From the sequence record DRR723986_9267: a stretch of DNA of 36,186 nt; one strand, given 5' to 3'. Shown in pieces: positions 9,375 through 18,164 of this stretch. The notes beneath the pieces were generated by a model. It had not been told where the DNA came from and searched no databases. It worked only from the letters and a program-made list of their open reading frames with translations. Both the position numbers and the translations under genes were made by a program. Within the stretch, counting starts at the first letter, position 1. The number at the start of each line of letters is the position of its first letter.

Positions 9375-9405
9375 TTTCCCGGGCAGCGGCTAACTGCCCG
9401 GGAAA
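9375..9405. other. Intergenic 12-bp perfect hairpin
   Basis: TTTCCCGGGCAG-cggctaa-CTGCCCGGGAAA. No U-tract follows on the + strand, so it may be an mRNA stability or processing element. Confidence 0.6.
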
Positions 9406-9432
9406 ATCGCGTGTTGAAGGATAGAGACAATC

Positions 9433-10824
9433 ATGCAAACCAGACGACACTTCATGGCAAGCTCTGCCGCGGCCACCGCCCTGATTGGCTTTCTGCCGCG
9501 TCAGGCAATGGCGACGGTCTCGTTCGAAACCCTTGAAGCGATGTCCGCGTCGGTCCAACTGGCCCCCGACGGCTATCCGGCCACCGACATCTGGGGCTAT
9601 GGCGGCACCGCCCCCGGCCCGATCCTGCGCGTGGCCCAAGGCGGGCGGTTGCAACGGCGCTTCGTCAATAGCTTGCCGCAGGCCAGCAGTATTCATTGGC
9701 ACGGCATCCGTATCGACAACGCGATGGACGGTGTGCCCGGCCTGACACAGGCGGCGGTCGAGCCCGGAGACGGTTTCGACTACGACTTCACATTGCCAGA
9801 TGCTGGAACCTATTGGTATCATTCTCATAACCGATCAACCGAGCAGGTGGCACGCGGACTGCACGGGGCACTGATTGTGGAGGAGGGCACGCCCCCCGAT
9901 ATCGATCGGGAAGAGGTGTTCGTGCTCGATGATTGGCTGATCGACCCCGAAACCGGGCAGATTCCAGGTGATTTCGAGAGTCCACACGCCCGAAGCCATG
10001 CCGGACGCATGGGCAATCTGATCCTGACGAGCGGCATTTTCGACAAGACAATGACAGTGCAGCGCAATGAGCGCCTGCGGCTGCGTCTGATCAACGCTGC
10101 CAATGCCCGGATCTTCGTCCTCGGTTTGATCGGGCTCGAGGGCTGGACCATGGCGCTGGACGGGATGCCGTTGCCCGCGCCCGAGCCGCTGGATGAGGTG
10201 TTGGTGCTCGGCCCCGGTCAACGCGCCGATCTTATCGTGGATGTGACCGCCGAGGAAGGCGGTACAGCCTATTTGGCCCGTGTAAATGAGGCACGCGGCG
10301 CAGCGCAAGTTACCTTCCAGGTGCGCGGCCAAGCCAGCCTCGCCCGGCGCGGAATACCGGACGCTCTGCCGCCGAATCCAGGCCATGTGATCGACCTTTC
10401 AGGCGACAGCGTGAACTTGACCCTGAACATGGAGGGTGGTGCCATGGGTGGGCTCCGCGAGGCCATGTTCAACGGCGAGCAGGTTGGATTCCGCGAACTG
10501 GCCCAAGCCAATCAGTTCTGGGCCTTCAACGGAATGGTCGGACTGCCTGACAGTCCTATGGCCACGCTGGACAGGGGGCAGATCGTGAGGCTGACCATCT
10601 CGAACGACACCGCCTTTCCACACGCCATGCACCTGCACGGGATGCATTTCCGCGAGGTTCTGACAGACAACACCCTTGGCCCGATGCGCGACACGCTGCT
10701 GATGGACAGCTCGGAACGCCGCGAGATCGCTTTTGCCGCCGACAATCCGGGCGACTGGCTGTTGCATTGCCATATGCTGTCCCACGCGGCGTCGGGCATG
10801 ATGACCTGGGTTCGGGTGACATGA
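9433..10824 (+). CDS. Multicopper oxidase (CueO/CumA/CopA-like), Tat-exported
   Basis: TRRHF signal and all four Cu motifs: HWHG, WYHSH, HAMHLHG, HCHMLSHAASGM. Confidence 0.96.
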   Translation: MQTRRHFMASSAAATALIGFLPRQAMATVSFETLEAMSASVQLAPDGYPATDIWGYGGTAPGPILRVAQGGRLQRRFVNSLPQASSIHWHGIRIDNAMDGVPGLTQAAVEPGDGFDYDFTLPDAGTYWYHSHNRSTEQVARGLHGALIVEEGTPPDIDREEVFVLDDWLIDPETGQIPGDFESPHARSHAGRMGNLILTSGIFDKTMTVQRNERLRLRLINAANARIFVLGLIGLEGWTMALDGMPLPAPEPLDEVLVLGPGQRADLIVDVTAEEGGTAYLARVNEARGAAQVTFQVRGQASLARRGIPDALPPNPGHVIDLSGDSVNLTLNMEGGAMGGLREAMFNGEQVGFRELAQANQFWAFNGMVGLPDSPMATLDRGQIVRLTISNDTAFPHAMHLHGMHFREVLTDNTLGPMRDTLLMDSSERREIAFAADNPGDWLLHCHMLSHAASGMMTWVRVT

Positions 10825-11312
10825 TGAAACGCATGCAGGCTGCCCTCTCCGTCATCGCAATCGCCAGCGTAGTTGTGCCCTCGACGCCCGTCACGGCACA
10901 GACGGCCTCCGAAGTATTACCAACTATGCCAGAGACTGTGGACCTGTCCCAAGGTGCCGCCCTCTACGCCCAGAACTGCGCTACCTGTCATGGGGCCGAA
11001 CTGGGGGGGCAGCCGGACTGGCGCACACCCGGCGCGGATGGCGTCCTGCCCGCGCCGCCCCATGATGACACCGGGCATACCTGGCACCATTCCGACGCGG
11101 TGCTTTACAACTACACGGCCCTTGGCGGCGACGAAGTGATGGCCCGTATGGGGGTCACGTTCGACAGCGGCATGCCGGGATTTGCCGACAGCCTGACACC
11201 ACAGGAGATCTGGAACATTCTCGCCTACATTCGATCCACCTGGCCCGACAGGATCCAAGAGATCCAGGCCGTTCGCACAGAGGCGGAGATTTCCGCCCGG
11301 GGAGACCGTTGA
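10821..11312 (+). CDS. Periplasmic monoheme cytochrome c
   Basis: Signal peptide, CATCH, PAPPHDDTGHTWHH, SGMP; ATGA overlap with the oxidase stop. Confidence 0.9.
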   Translation: MMKRMQAALSVIAIASVVVPSTPVTAQTASEVLPTMPETVDLSQGAALYAQNCATCHGAELGGQPDWRTPGADGVLPAPPHDDTGHTWHHSDAVLYNYTALGGDEVMARMGVTFDSGMPGFADSLTPQEIWNILAYIRSTWPDRIQEIQAVRTEAEISARGDR

Positions 11313-11313
11313 A

Positions 11314-12051
11314 ATGACCTTGATCAAACGAATTTTCGTCGCTGCATTGCTGCTCGTCCTGCCGCTTGCCGCCACGGCCCAGGAAGCCATGACCGAGGAC
11401 CGCGTGCGCGAACTGGTGCGCGAGACCATCCTTGCGAACCCCGAGATTCTTGTGGAAGCCATCGCAATCCTCGAAGAGCGTGCAGCGCAGGACCGGGTGA
11501 CCGCAAGCGCCGACATGATCGCCGCACAGCGCCAACAGCTCGAGCAGGATCCCAACGCGCCTGTGCTGGCTAATGCAGATGGCGATGTCACCATCGTGGA
11601 GTTCTTCGACTACAACTGCCCCTATTGCCGCCGTGCCGGTCCGGTCGTCGAGGGCCTGATCGAAGCTGATCCCGGAATCCGCCTGGTTTATCGTGAGTGG
11701 CCGATCCTTGGCGAAGGCTCGGTATTTGCTGCCCGTGCGGCGCTCGCCGCACGTCAGCAGGGACTATACGAGGAGTTTCACTGGGCCCTGATGGGCATGA
11801 GCGGTCGGGCCGAGGAGCGCTCGGTCTTGAGGATCGCGGAGGAGGTCGGTCTGGATATCGATCAGTTACGTGCTGATATGGAGGCCCCCGAAGTCGCGGA
11901 GCATATCGAGACCTCCATGCATTTGGCCGATCTTCTGGGTATCACTGGAACGCCCAGTTTTGTCGTGGGCGACAACCTGATCCCCGGCGCAGTGGAGCAG
12001 GACGTTCTTCAGGTACTGGTTGATGAGGTGCGTGAGGCGCAAGCAGAATAG
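11314..12051 (+). CDS. DsbA family protein (ScsC/Com1-like)
   Basis: Signal peptide, ILANPEIL helix, EFFDYNCPYC, cis-Pro loop GTPSF. Confidence 0.93.
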   Translation: MTLIKRIFVAALLLVLPLAATAQEAMTEDRVRELVRETILANPEILVEAIAILEERAAQDRVTASADMIAAQRQQLEQDPNAPVLANADGDVTIVEFFDYNCPYCRRAGPVVEGLIEADPGIRLVYREWPILGEGSVFAARAALAARQQGLYEEFHWALMGMSGRAEERSVLRIAEEVGLDIDQLRADMEAPEVAEHIETSMHLADLLGITGTPSFVVGDNLIPGAVEQDVLQVLVDEVREAQAE

Positions 12052-12064
12052 GCACTGGCAACAA

Positions 12065-12098
12065 GGGACAGGGATAGGGATAGGGATAGGGATAGGAT
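12065..12098. repeat. Hexanucleotide microsatellite (GGGATA)n
   Basis: GGGACA + 4 x GGGATA + GGAT, intergenic. Confidence 0.9.
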
Positions 12099-12184
12099 GT
12101 CCATGTGAAAGGAAGAGAACAGAAACTGGGGGTGTCTTGGCGGCTGGCGTCGCTGTCGCAACCGTTGATAAAAGGGAGAGCATT

Positions 12185-12772
12185 GTGGCTTCACACATGG
12201 CCCGCCGCGCCTTCATCGCTGGCATTGGCGCAACCACAGTCCTCGGCGCATCCGGCAGCTTGGCGCATCCCGTCACCCTGCCCGAACACTTCCTGCCGCA
12301 ACTCGTCAATACCTATCGGCCAGATTGGCTGGTTGGCGATATCCACGTCACGCCGGACGACTTTTACCTCTATTTCATGTTGGATCGCGGATTGGCCATC
12401 CGCTATGGTGTCGGGGTCGGTCGCGCGAACCTTTACGAGGCCGGCACTTTTACAGTAGCACGCAAGGCGGAATGGCCGTGGTGGCGGCCGACGGATGCCA
12501 TGATCCGTCGCAATCCCGAACGCTATGCCCAGTTTGCAGGCGGTGTCCCTGGCGGGCCAAACAACCCGCTCGGTGCGCGGGCACTTTATCTCTACGATGC
12601 TGATGGACGCGACACTTACCTGCGGATCCATGGTACCAATGCGCCTGACACCATAGGCAGCGCCGTATCGAATGGCTGTGCCCGCCTGACCAATGAGCAT
12701 GTCATCGACCTCTACCCCCGTGTAGACATCGGCGCGCAGGTCCACCTCCACCCAAAAGTGACCACGGCCTAA
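12185..12772 (+). CDS. Second L,D-transpeptidase, Tat-exported
   Basis: RBS GGGAG then GTG (alternative ATG at 12197); ARRAFI signal, RYGVGVGR, NPLGARALYL, LRIHGT...SNGCARL. Confidence 0.92.
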   Translation: MASHMARRAFIAGIGATTVLGASGSLAHPVTLPEHFLPQLVNTYRPDWLVGDIHVTPDDFYLYFMLDRGLAIRYGVGVGRANLYEAGTFTVARKAEWPWWRPTDAMIRRNPERYAQFAGGVPGGPNNPLGARALYLYDADGRDTYLRIHGTNAPDTIGSAVSNGCARLTNEHVIDLYPRVDIGAQVHLHPKVTTA

Positions 12773-12981
12773 TCCGGCGACCTTCTTAATGCGCGGTCGT
12801 TGGCCAACGGCGAAGACGTGATCCAGACCGTCAAGACGGAGCAGTACTGCTCATCGAAGGAGGGCCGTGGCGATCGGTTTGAATCCCAAAGGCGGCTTCC
12901 ACCCGTCCGGCGCTCGAAATCGGAACCAGATGCCAACGGAATAGTTGAGAACCCATGGAAATCGAACAAGGGAGGGGATTC

Positions 12982-13101
12982 ATGGTTGATGGTGGAATGA
13001 TGACTGACGGCATGATGCTCGGCGTGGGAGTCGTCTGGCTATTGATCATAGTGGCTCTGGTTCTCGCGATCGCGGCGCTGGTGAAATACCTGCGCACATA
13101 G
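12982..13101 (+). CDS. 39-aa Met-rich single-TM peptide (not in the ORF track)
   Basis: GGGAGG RBS, then MVDGGMMTDGMMLGVGVVWLLIIVALVLAIAALVKYLRT*; 20 bp before the next gene. Confidence 0.75.
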   Translation: MVDGGMMTDGMMLGVGVVWLLIIVALVLAIAALVKYLRT

Positions 13102-13121
13102 CCTGAAGCCGGAGCAGCACC

Positions 13122-15662
13122 ATGTCGGATGACAACAAACCTGTCGTCATTGTCACAGGGTCGAGCGGGTATCTCGGGTCCGCCGTAGTGCGACGGTTGC
13201 ACGGAACCTACCGCGTCGTCGGACTTGACCGGTATGCGCCGCCGCATCCGCCGCACCAGGCAGAATGCGTCTGTTTCGATGTCACCGATCAAGCAAGCGT
13301 CGATACCGCGCTTGATCGCGTGCGGCTGGCCTATGGCGACAGAATCGCCGCCTGCATTCACCTCGCGGGCTATTTCGATCTCAGCGGCGAGGATAATCCC
13401 GCCTATGATGCCGTCACGGTCGAAGGCTCACGACGGCTGCTGAAGGGGCTTCAGGCGTTCGAGCTGGAACAATTCGTCTTCGCCTCCACCATGCTGGCCC
13501 ATGCGCCGACGGAGCCGGGGGAACCGATGGACGAGGATCATCCTCTCGAACCCAAGTTTCCCTACCGCGCATCGAAGGTGCGCACGGAAAAGGTGCTGCG
13601 CGTGGGACGGGGCGAGGAGAAACTTGTGCTGATGCGCCCCGCCGGTATCTATGACGACACCGGAAAATCGTCGTTCCTGGCCCACCAGATCGCCCGCATT
13701 CACGAACGACGCTTCAACGGCAAGGTCTATCCGGGCGATCTGTCGCGCGGCCAGGCGTTTCTGCATCTTGATGATTTCCTCGACGCGGTGAACCGCATCG
13801 TTGACCGACGCGCCAAACTGCCGGACGTCTTTCCCGTGCTTCTGGGTGAAACCGACCCGATCCCCTTCGGAGACTTGCAGCGGCTGATCGGGCGCGAGTT
13901 GCATGGCGAGGACTGGATCACCTGGAACGTGCCGCCGCAACTGGCCAAGCTCGGGGCCTGGACGGAAAACGAGGTCTTCGGCGAGGATGCCTTCATCCAG
14001 GCCTGGATGGTCGATATCTCCAGCGACCACTATGAGCTCGACCTGTCGGCGGCGAAAAAGCACCTGAACTGGACGCCTGAACACAGCCTGCGCGACGACA
14101 TGCCGGGCATCCTTCAGCGCCTGAAGGACGACCCCTTTGGATGGTATGAGGCGAACGGATTGAACGCGGCGCGGGTCTCGGCGGCCAAGGTCGAGACCGC
14201 CGCGGCGGAAGAGGCTGCCGAGGAGGCGCCGACCGAGGCAGAAGCGGACACCGCCAGGCGCGAGCATGATCAACACATGCGGCAGATGCATTTCTCGATG
14301 CTCTGGGTGCACTGGCTGGTCATGGCTCTCGGCCTGTGGCTGGCCACCGCGCCATCGGTTTTCGGCACTTTCGACCAGACCGAATTCAGCGCGGCGGTCC
14401 TTCGCGTGACGGAGGATCGCGGCCTCTGGGCCGCCGCGACCCGCAGCTGGCTGACCGCGTGGAACGATGTCTTCACCGGGCTTGCCATCATGGTCTTTGC
14501 CGCCCTGTCGCTGCGCCCCGGCAACGGTTGGGCGCAATGGGCAAACGCCGCGCTTGGCGTCTGGCTGCTGGCCGCGCCGCTGGTGTTCTGGACGCCGGAT
14601 GCGGCCGTCTATGCCAATGATACGCTGATCGGCGCGCTGGTGGTCGCCTTGACCATCCTGATCCCGATGATGCCGGGCATGTCGCGCGAGGGGATCGACA
14701 TCCCGCCCGGCTGGACATATTGCCCCTCCACCTATGTCCAGCGCCTGCCGATCATCGCGCTCGGTGTCGTAAGCTTCATCCTGTCGCGCGTCCTGTCGGC
14801 CTATCAGCTCGGCCATGTCGATGCCGTGTGGGAGCCGTTCTTTTCCTCGCCCTCGGCGCTGAACGGCACCGAGTACATCATCACCTCGGAGGTGTCGAAA
14901 GCCTGGCCCATTGCCGATGGCGGCCTGGGTGCCATGAGCTACATGTTTGAGATATTGATCGGCGTGATGGGCAGCCGCCTGCGCTGGCGCACGATGCCCT
15001 GGATGGTCGCACTGTTCGGCATCGTGGTCGGGCCGCTCGGCGTGGTCAGCATCTACTTCATCATCATCCAGCCGATCACCATCGGCACCTATTGCACGAT
15101 CTGCCTCATGGCGGCGCTGGCCATGCTGATCATGATCCCGTTCTCGCTCGATGAAATTGTCGCGATGGTGCAGTTCATGGTCTGGAACACGCGCCGGGGC
15201 AGACCGTTCTGGCGCGCGTTCTTCCGCGGCGATGCGCTGCCCGGTGGCACGACAGGGGGCGAGATGAGCTTCGACGCGTGACCGATACAGGTCTTCCGGC
15301 AGAGCATACGCGGCGTCACCGTTCCATGGACGCTCGGGCTGAGTGCCGGGATCGGTGCCTTCCTGATGCTGTCGCGCGCGATCTTCGGCAACGAAGCGGC
15401 AATGGCCAACAGCGATCACCTGCTCGGTGCCCTGGTCCTGACCACAGCGGTCATCGCCTGGGCAGAGGTCGCGCGGCCCCTGCGGTTCCTCAACATCCTC
15501 TTCGGCCTCTGGCTCATCGTCGCGCCCTGGTTCCTGGACGGTGGCACTGTCGCGGGCAGCCTTGTCTGCATCCTCGCCGGGACCGCTCTCATCGCGCTCA
15601 GCCTGCCGCGCGGCAAGCGCAGCAAGGAACACTATGGAAGTTGGGACAGGTTCATTGTTTGA
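13122..15662 (+). pseudogene. NAD-dependent epimerase/SDR + SPW repeats + VKOR fusion interrupted by an in-frame TGA at 15279-15281
   Basis: VTGSSGYLG and YRASK SDR motifs, SPW-like TM repeats, VKOR-like GTYCTIC. The 15366-15662 ORF is in the same frame, and the intervening codons read openly as PIQVFRQSIRGVTVPWTLGLSAGIGAFL. Confidence 0.8.
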
Positions 15663-15680
15663 TCCGATGCGCAGGAGCGG

Positions 15681-16712
15681 TCATCGCCCTGACAACGACG
15701 CGCCCAGGCTCTCGAGAATGGTCCTGGTTTCCGGGAGGCGCTTCAGCGAATGGTCCATGTGCTCGCGCCAGCGCAGTCCGACCTCCCGCGCGGTGGTATA
15801 GGCCCGGGCCAGATCGTCGGGGCGGTCCTCGGCCATCGCCTCGATCAGGAAACCCGCCTGCTCCCGGTCCTTCGCGGATTTGAGGCTGCCTGCCCCGTCA
15901 CGCCGCCGATCGGCGATGATCAGCTTGTGAATCGCATAGCGCTCGGGGCGCGGGATCTGGACGAGAATCCCGGCGCGGTAGAGGGCTGCCGCATAGATCG
16001 GCTCGGCAATCAGGAAGTTGAGGTAGTTGAGCGCCTGCGCGCCGACGCCAAGCGCAGGCAGGTTGCGGATCGTCTCCTCGCCGAAGGCCGGTGTCAGGAA
16101 CTCGACCAACTGGCCACTGCCGCCCTGCGCCCATCGCCAGGTCCGGCCCTTGTCGAGTCCGGGGACCGGATCGAATTTCAGCGCCGAGAAGGTTTCGGCC
16201 AGACCCGGATCGACCTGATCCTGCAAGGCAAGGCTGAGCTTCTCGAACTGCGCGATGTCGATATCGCCGGTATTGGCCATGCCGCCCAGGGGCAGGCGGA
16301 TGCCAAGCTCGCCCTCATAGAGCCGGAACGCATTCGTCCCCACAATGGTGCCGCCCAGGCGGAAGGTGCCGGCCGTGGCCATCGCAGAGAGGATGGAGCC
16401 GGTCGCCCGGTCGGTGGGCGTCATGCCTTCCGCCCGCAAGAGCCGGACCAGCCGCGACCGCTCGGCCTGCCGATCCTTCGCGGTCGCGCGCAGCTCCTCG
16501 ATGTGCTCGATGCGCGCGCGGGTCTCCTCGCTGTCTTCGCCGATATAGATGAATCGCATCTCGGTGCCGACACGCCGCGCCGCGTACCAGTAGCCCTTGT
16601 CGCCCCGCTCTTTCAGTGTCGGTTTACCCTCCACACCGGACAAGGCGTCATCCTTCAGAAGCCGCACCAGATCAGTATAGGCGCTCATGGCGATGCTGCT
16701 GAGAGGGGTCAT
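15681..16712 (-). CDS. GSU2403-family nucleotidyltransferase-fold protein
   Basis: GGTIVGTNAF...TGDIDIA NTase motif, VEFLTP, PERYAIHKLI, KDREQA. Start could be 16727. Confidence 0.8.
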   Translation of the reverse strand: MTPLSSIAMSAYTDLVRLLKDDALSGVEGKPTLKERGDKGYWYAARRVGTEMRFIYIGEDSEETRARIEHIEELRATAKDRQAERSRLVRLLRAEGMTPTDRATGSILSAMATAGTFRLGGTIVGTNAFRLYEGELGIRLPLGGMANTGDIDIAQFEKLSLALQDQVDPGLAETFSALKFDPVPGLDKGRTWRWAQGGSGQLVEFLTPAFGEETIRNLPALGVGAQALNYLNFLIAEPIYAAALYRAGILVQIPRPERYAIHKLIIADRRRDGAGSLKSAKDREQAGFLIEAMAEDRPDDLARAYTTAREVGLRWREHMDHSLKRLPETRTILESLGASLSGR

Positions 16713-16870
16713 GCCTATCATTTCCATCTTTTGCTTGGCACCAATATACCTATCAAAAAATAAAATTGCTAGGCAAGCTGGAATTCACGCAATACGGGGG
16801 CATGAGACCCGCGCCACAAGAACACTCGGAAACCGGGCAACAGGAACCGAACTGCGCTGATTACAGAGGT

Positions 16871-17938
16871 CTAATCCCTGATCCGCCACATTCGGAATCG
16901 TCCGTTCCCTGTTACCTCGCGGATCAGGCACTGTTGCTCCATCCAGGCCAGGTTCCTCTGAACGGCCGCGCGACTGACGCCGGTCAAGGTTTCCGCCATT
17001 GGGGCCGACAGCAAAGGCCACTCCGTCAACACAGAACGGAGAGCGGCCGGAGTGCGACCAGAGAGCTGGGACATTGCGCCTTCCGCCCGGACGCCCCATG
17101 CCTCGATGTTATCCAGATGACGCATCGCCGTCAGAATTGCGCTGTTCATCCCATCCAACCAGCGGGCCAAGCGTTCGGGTGGCAAGCCCGAGGCACGCAG
17201 CCCCCCTGCCCCACCCATAGCGAGCGGTGCAAAGATGGCACCGCTTCCATCGCTGGCCGCGATCCTGGCAGCTGTGACGGCGGCTTCGATCTGGTCGCCG
17301 TGCTGTCCGAGGCCCGCCAGGTTCCAGAGATGAAAGCCCATGCAAGCCCGCGTGATAGGATGGAGATCGGCCGCCTCTGCCGTTACGTCCAGCCATCCGC
17401 CCGCGCGATCCTCGAAACGCTCGGCACTGTCATCGATGTTCTCGGGATCGCGGCGATCGAGGAAGGCGGCTAAGTCGACCTCTGGGCCTGGACCGCCGGT
17501 CAAGCGCCGAACAGCCCATCCGATCCGGGCCAGGGCATTTGGGTCATCCTGTGCGCCTGACAATCGCATGGACATCCAGAGTGCCAGACGATCAGAGCTC
17601 ACCCGCTCACCCGCATACCAGCTAAGCTCCGCCGCCTCGATCAGCGCAAGCCTGTGCCGCCAGCCCTTCGGGCCGCGTAGCAACCGGTCATCCAGCGCAC
17701 CCAAGCGTCCGGCCACCTTTGCTAGCCGCGCAGCGTGATCCCCCTCTGCCTTTGCCCAATCTTGGATGACAGACGTTTCGGGCGGTTCCGCCTGTGGCCC
17801 GGGAGGCAGGTCATCCAGTTCTTCCTCGAGCGGCCCAGGCAGAAACCAGAGGTCATCTTCGTGAGCCTCCTCATCCCCCTCGGTAGTGATGAGGGGGTCA
17901 TCGAAATCATCATCAAAATTAGATGCTTTCAGCGTCAT
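16871..17938 (-). CDS. DUF1612/Fic-like protein with C-terminal HTH
   Basis: Acidic N-terminus, LGALDDRL, C-terminal HTH ending REVTGNGRFRMW; typical alphaproteobacterial plasmid gene divergent from a resolvase. Confidence 0.7.
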   Translation of the reverse strand: MTLKASNFDDDFDDPLITTEGDEEAHEDDLWFLPGPLEEELDDLPPGPQAEPPETSVIQDWAKAEGDHAARLAKVAGRLGALDDRLLRGPKGWRHRLALIEAAELSWYAGERVSSDRLALWMSMRLSGAQDDPNALARIGWAVRRLTGGPGPEVDLAAFLDRRDPENIDDSAERFEDRAGGWLDVTAEAADLHPITRACMGFHLWNLAGLGQHGDQIEAAVTAARIAASDGSGAIFAPLAMGGAGGLRASGLPPERLARWLDGMNSAILTAMRHLDNIEAWGVRAEGAMSQLSGRTPAALRSVLTEWPLLSAPMAETLTGVSRAAVQRNLAWMEQQCLIREVTGNGRFRMWRIRD

Positions 17939-18164
17939 GTGTGCAGAATACAAATATTATGCACATTACCCAAGCGCTTTTGTGGCCATGACCCATGCTC
18001 TTTATATCGTAGGCGCGCGCGACTTCAGACGGAACCTCTCAGATCGCGCTCAGCGTAAGGAAACCAAGGGATTTTGCACCGGCACGACGAGAGAACAGCC
18101 ACTTGCATTGATTTACAAACGGTCGTTTATTAGCGATGTATGAAACTGCAAAAAGACTGTTTTG

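Noticed and set aside
12020-12184. N-terminal extension of the second LDT through the GGGATA repeat (GIGIGIG)
   Set aside because: The Tat signal and RBS point to a start at 12185/12197; a 6-bp unit would not shift the frame anyway.
12798-12852. Palindromes CGTTGGCCAACG and GAGCAGTACTGCTC and a 66-aa ORF in the spacer
   Set aside because: Single unrelated copies with no recognisable operator or protein family; possibly a gene remnant, but unsupported.
15279-15330. Selenocysteine recoding of the in-frame TGA
   Set aside because: The codon lies in a linker rather than a redox motif, I see no convincing SECIS-like hairpin downstream, and no sel genes are in the window.
13428-15632. Long antisense/alternate ORFs (734 aa here; also 3667-4890, 15750-16763, 32424-33296, 34266-35732)
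   Set aside because: They shadow well-supported genes on the opposite strand, have no motifs, and are expected in high-GC DNA.
18040-18164. res site for the resolvase
   Set aside because: The AT-rich spacer is in the expected position, but I could not define the sub-site repeats.
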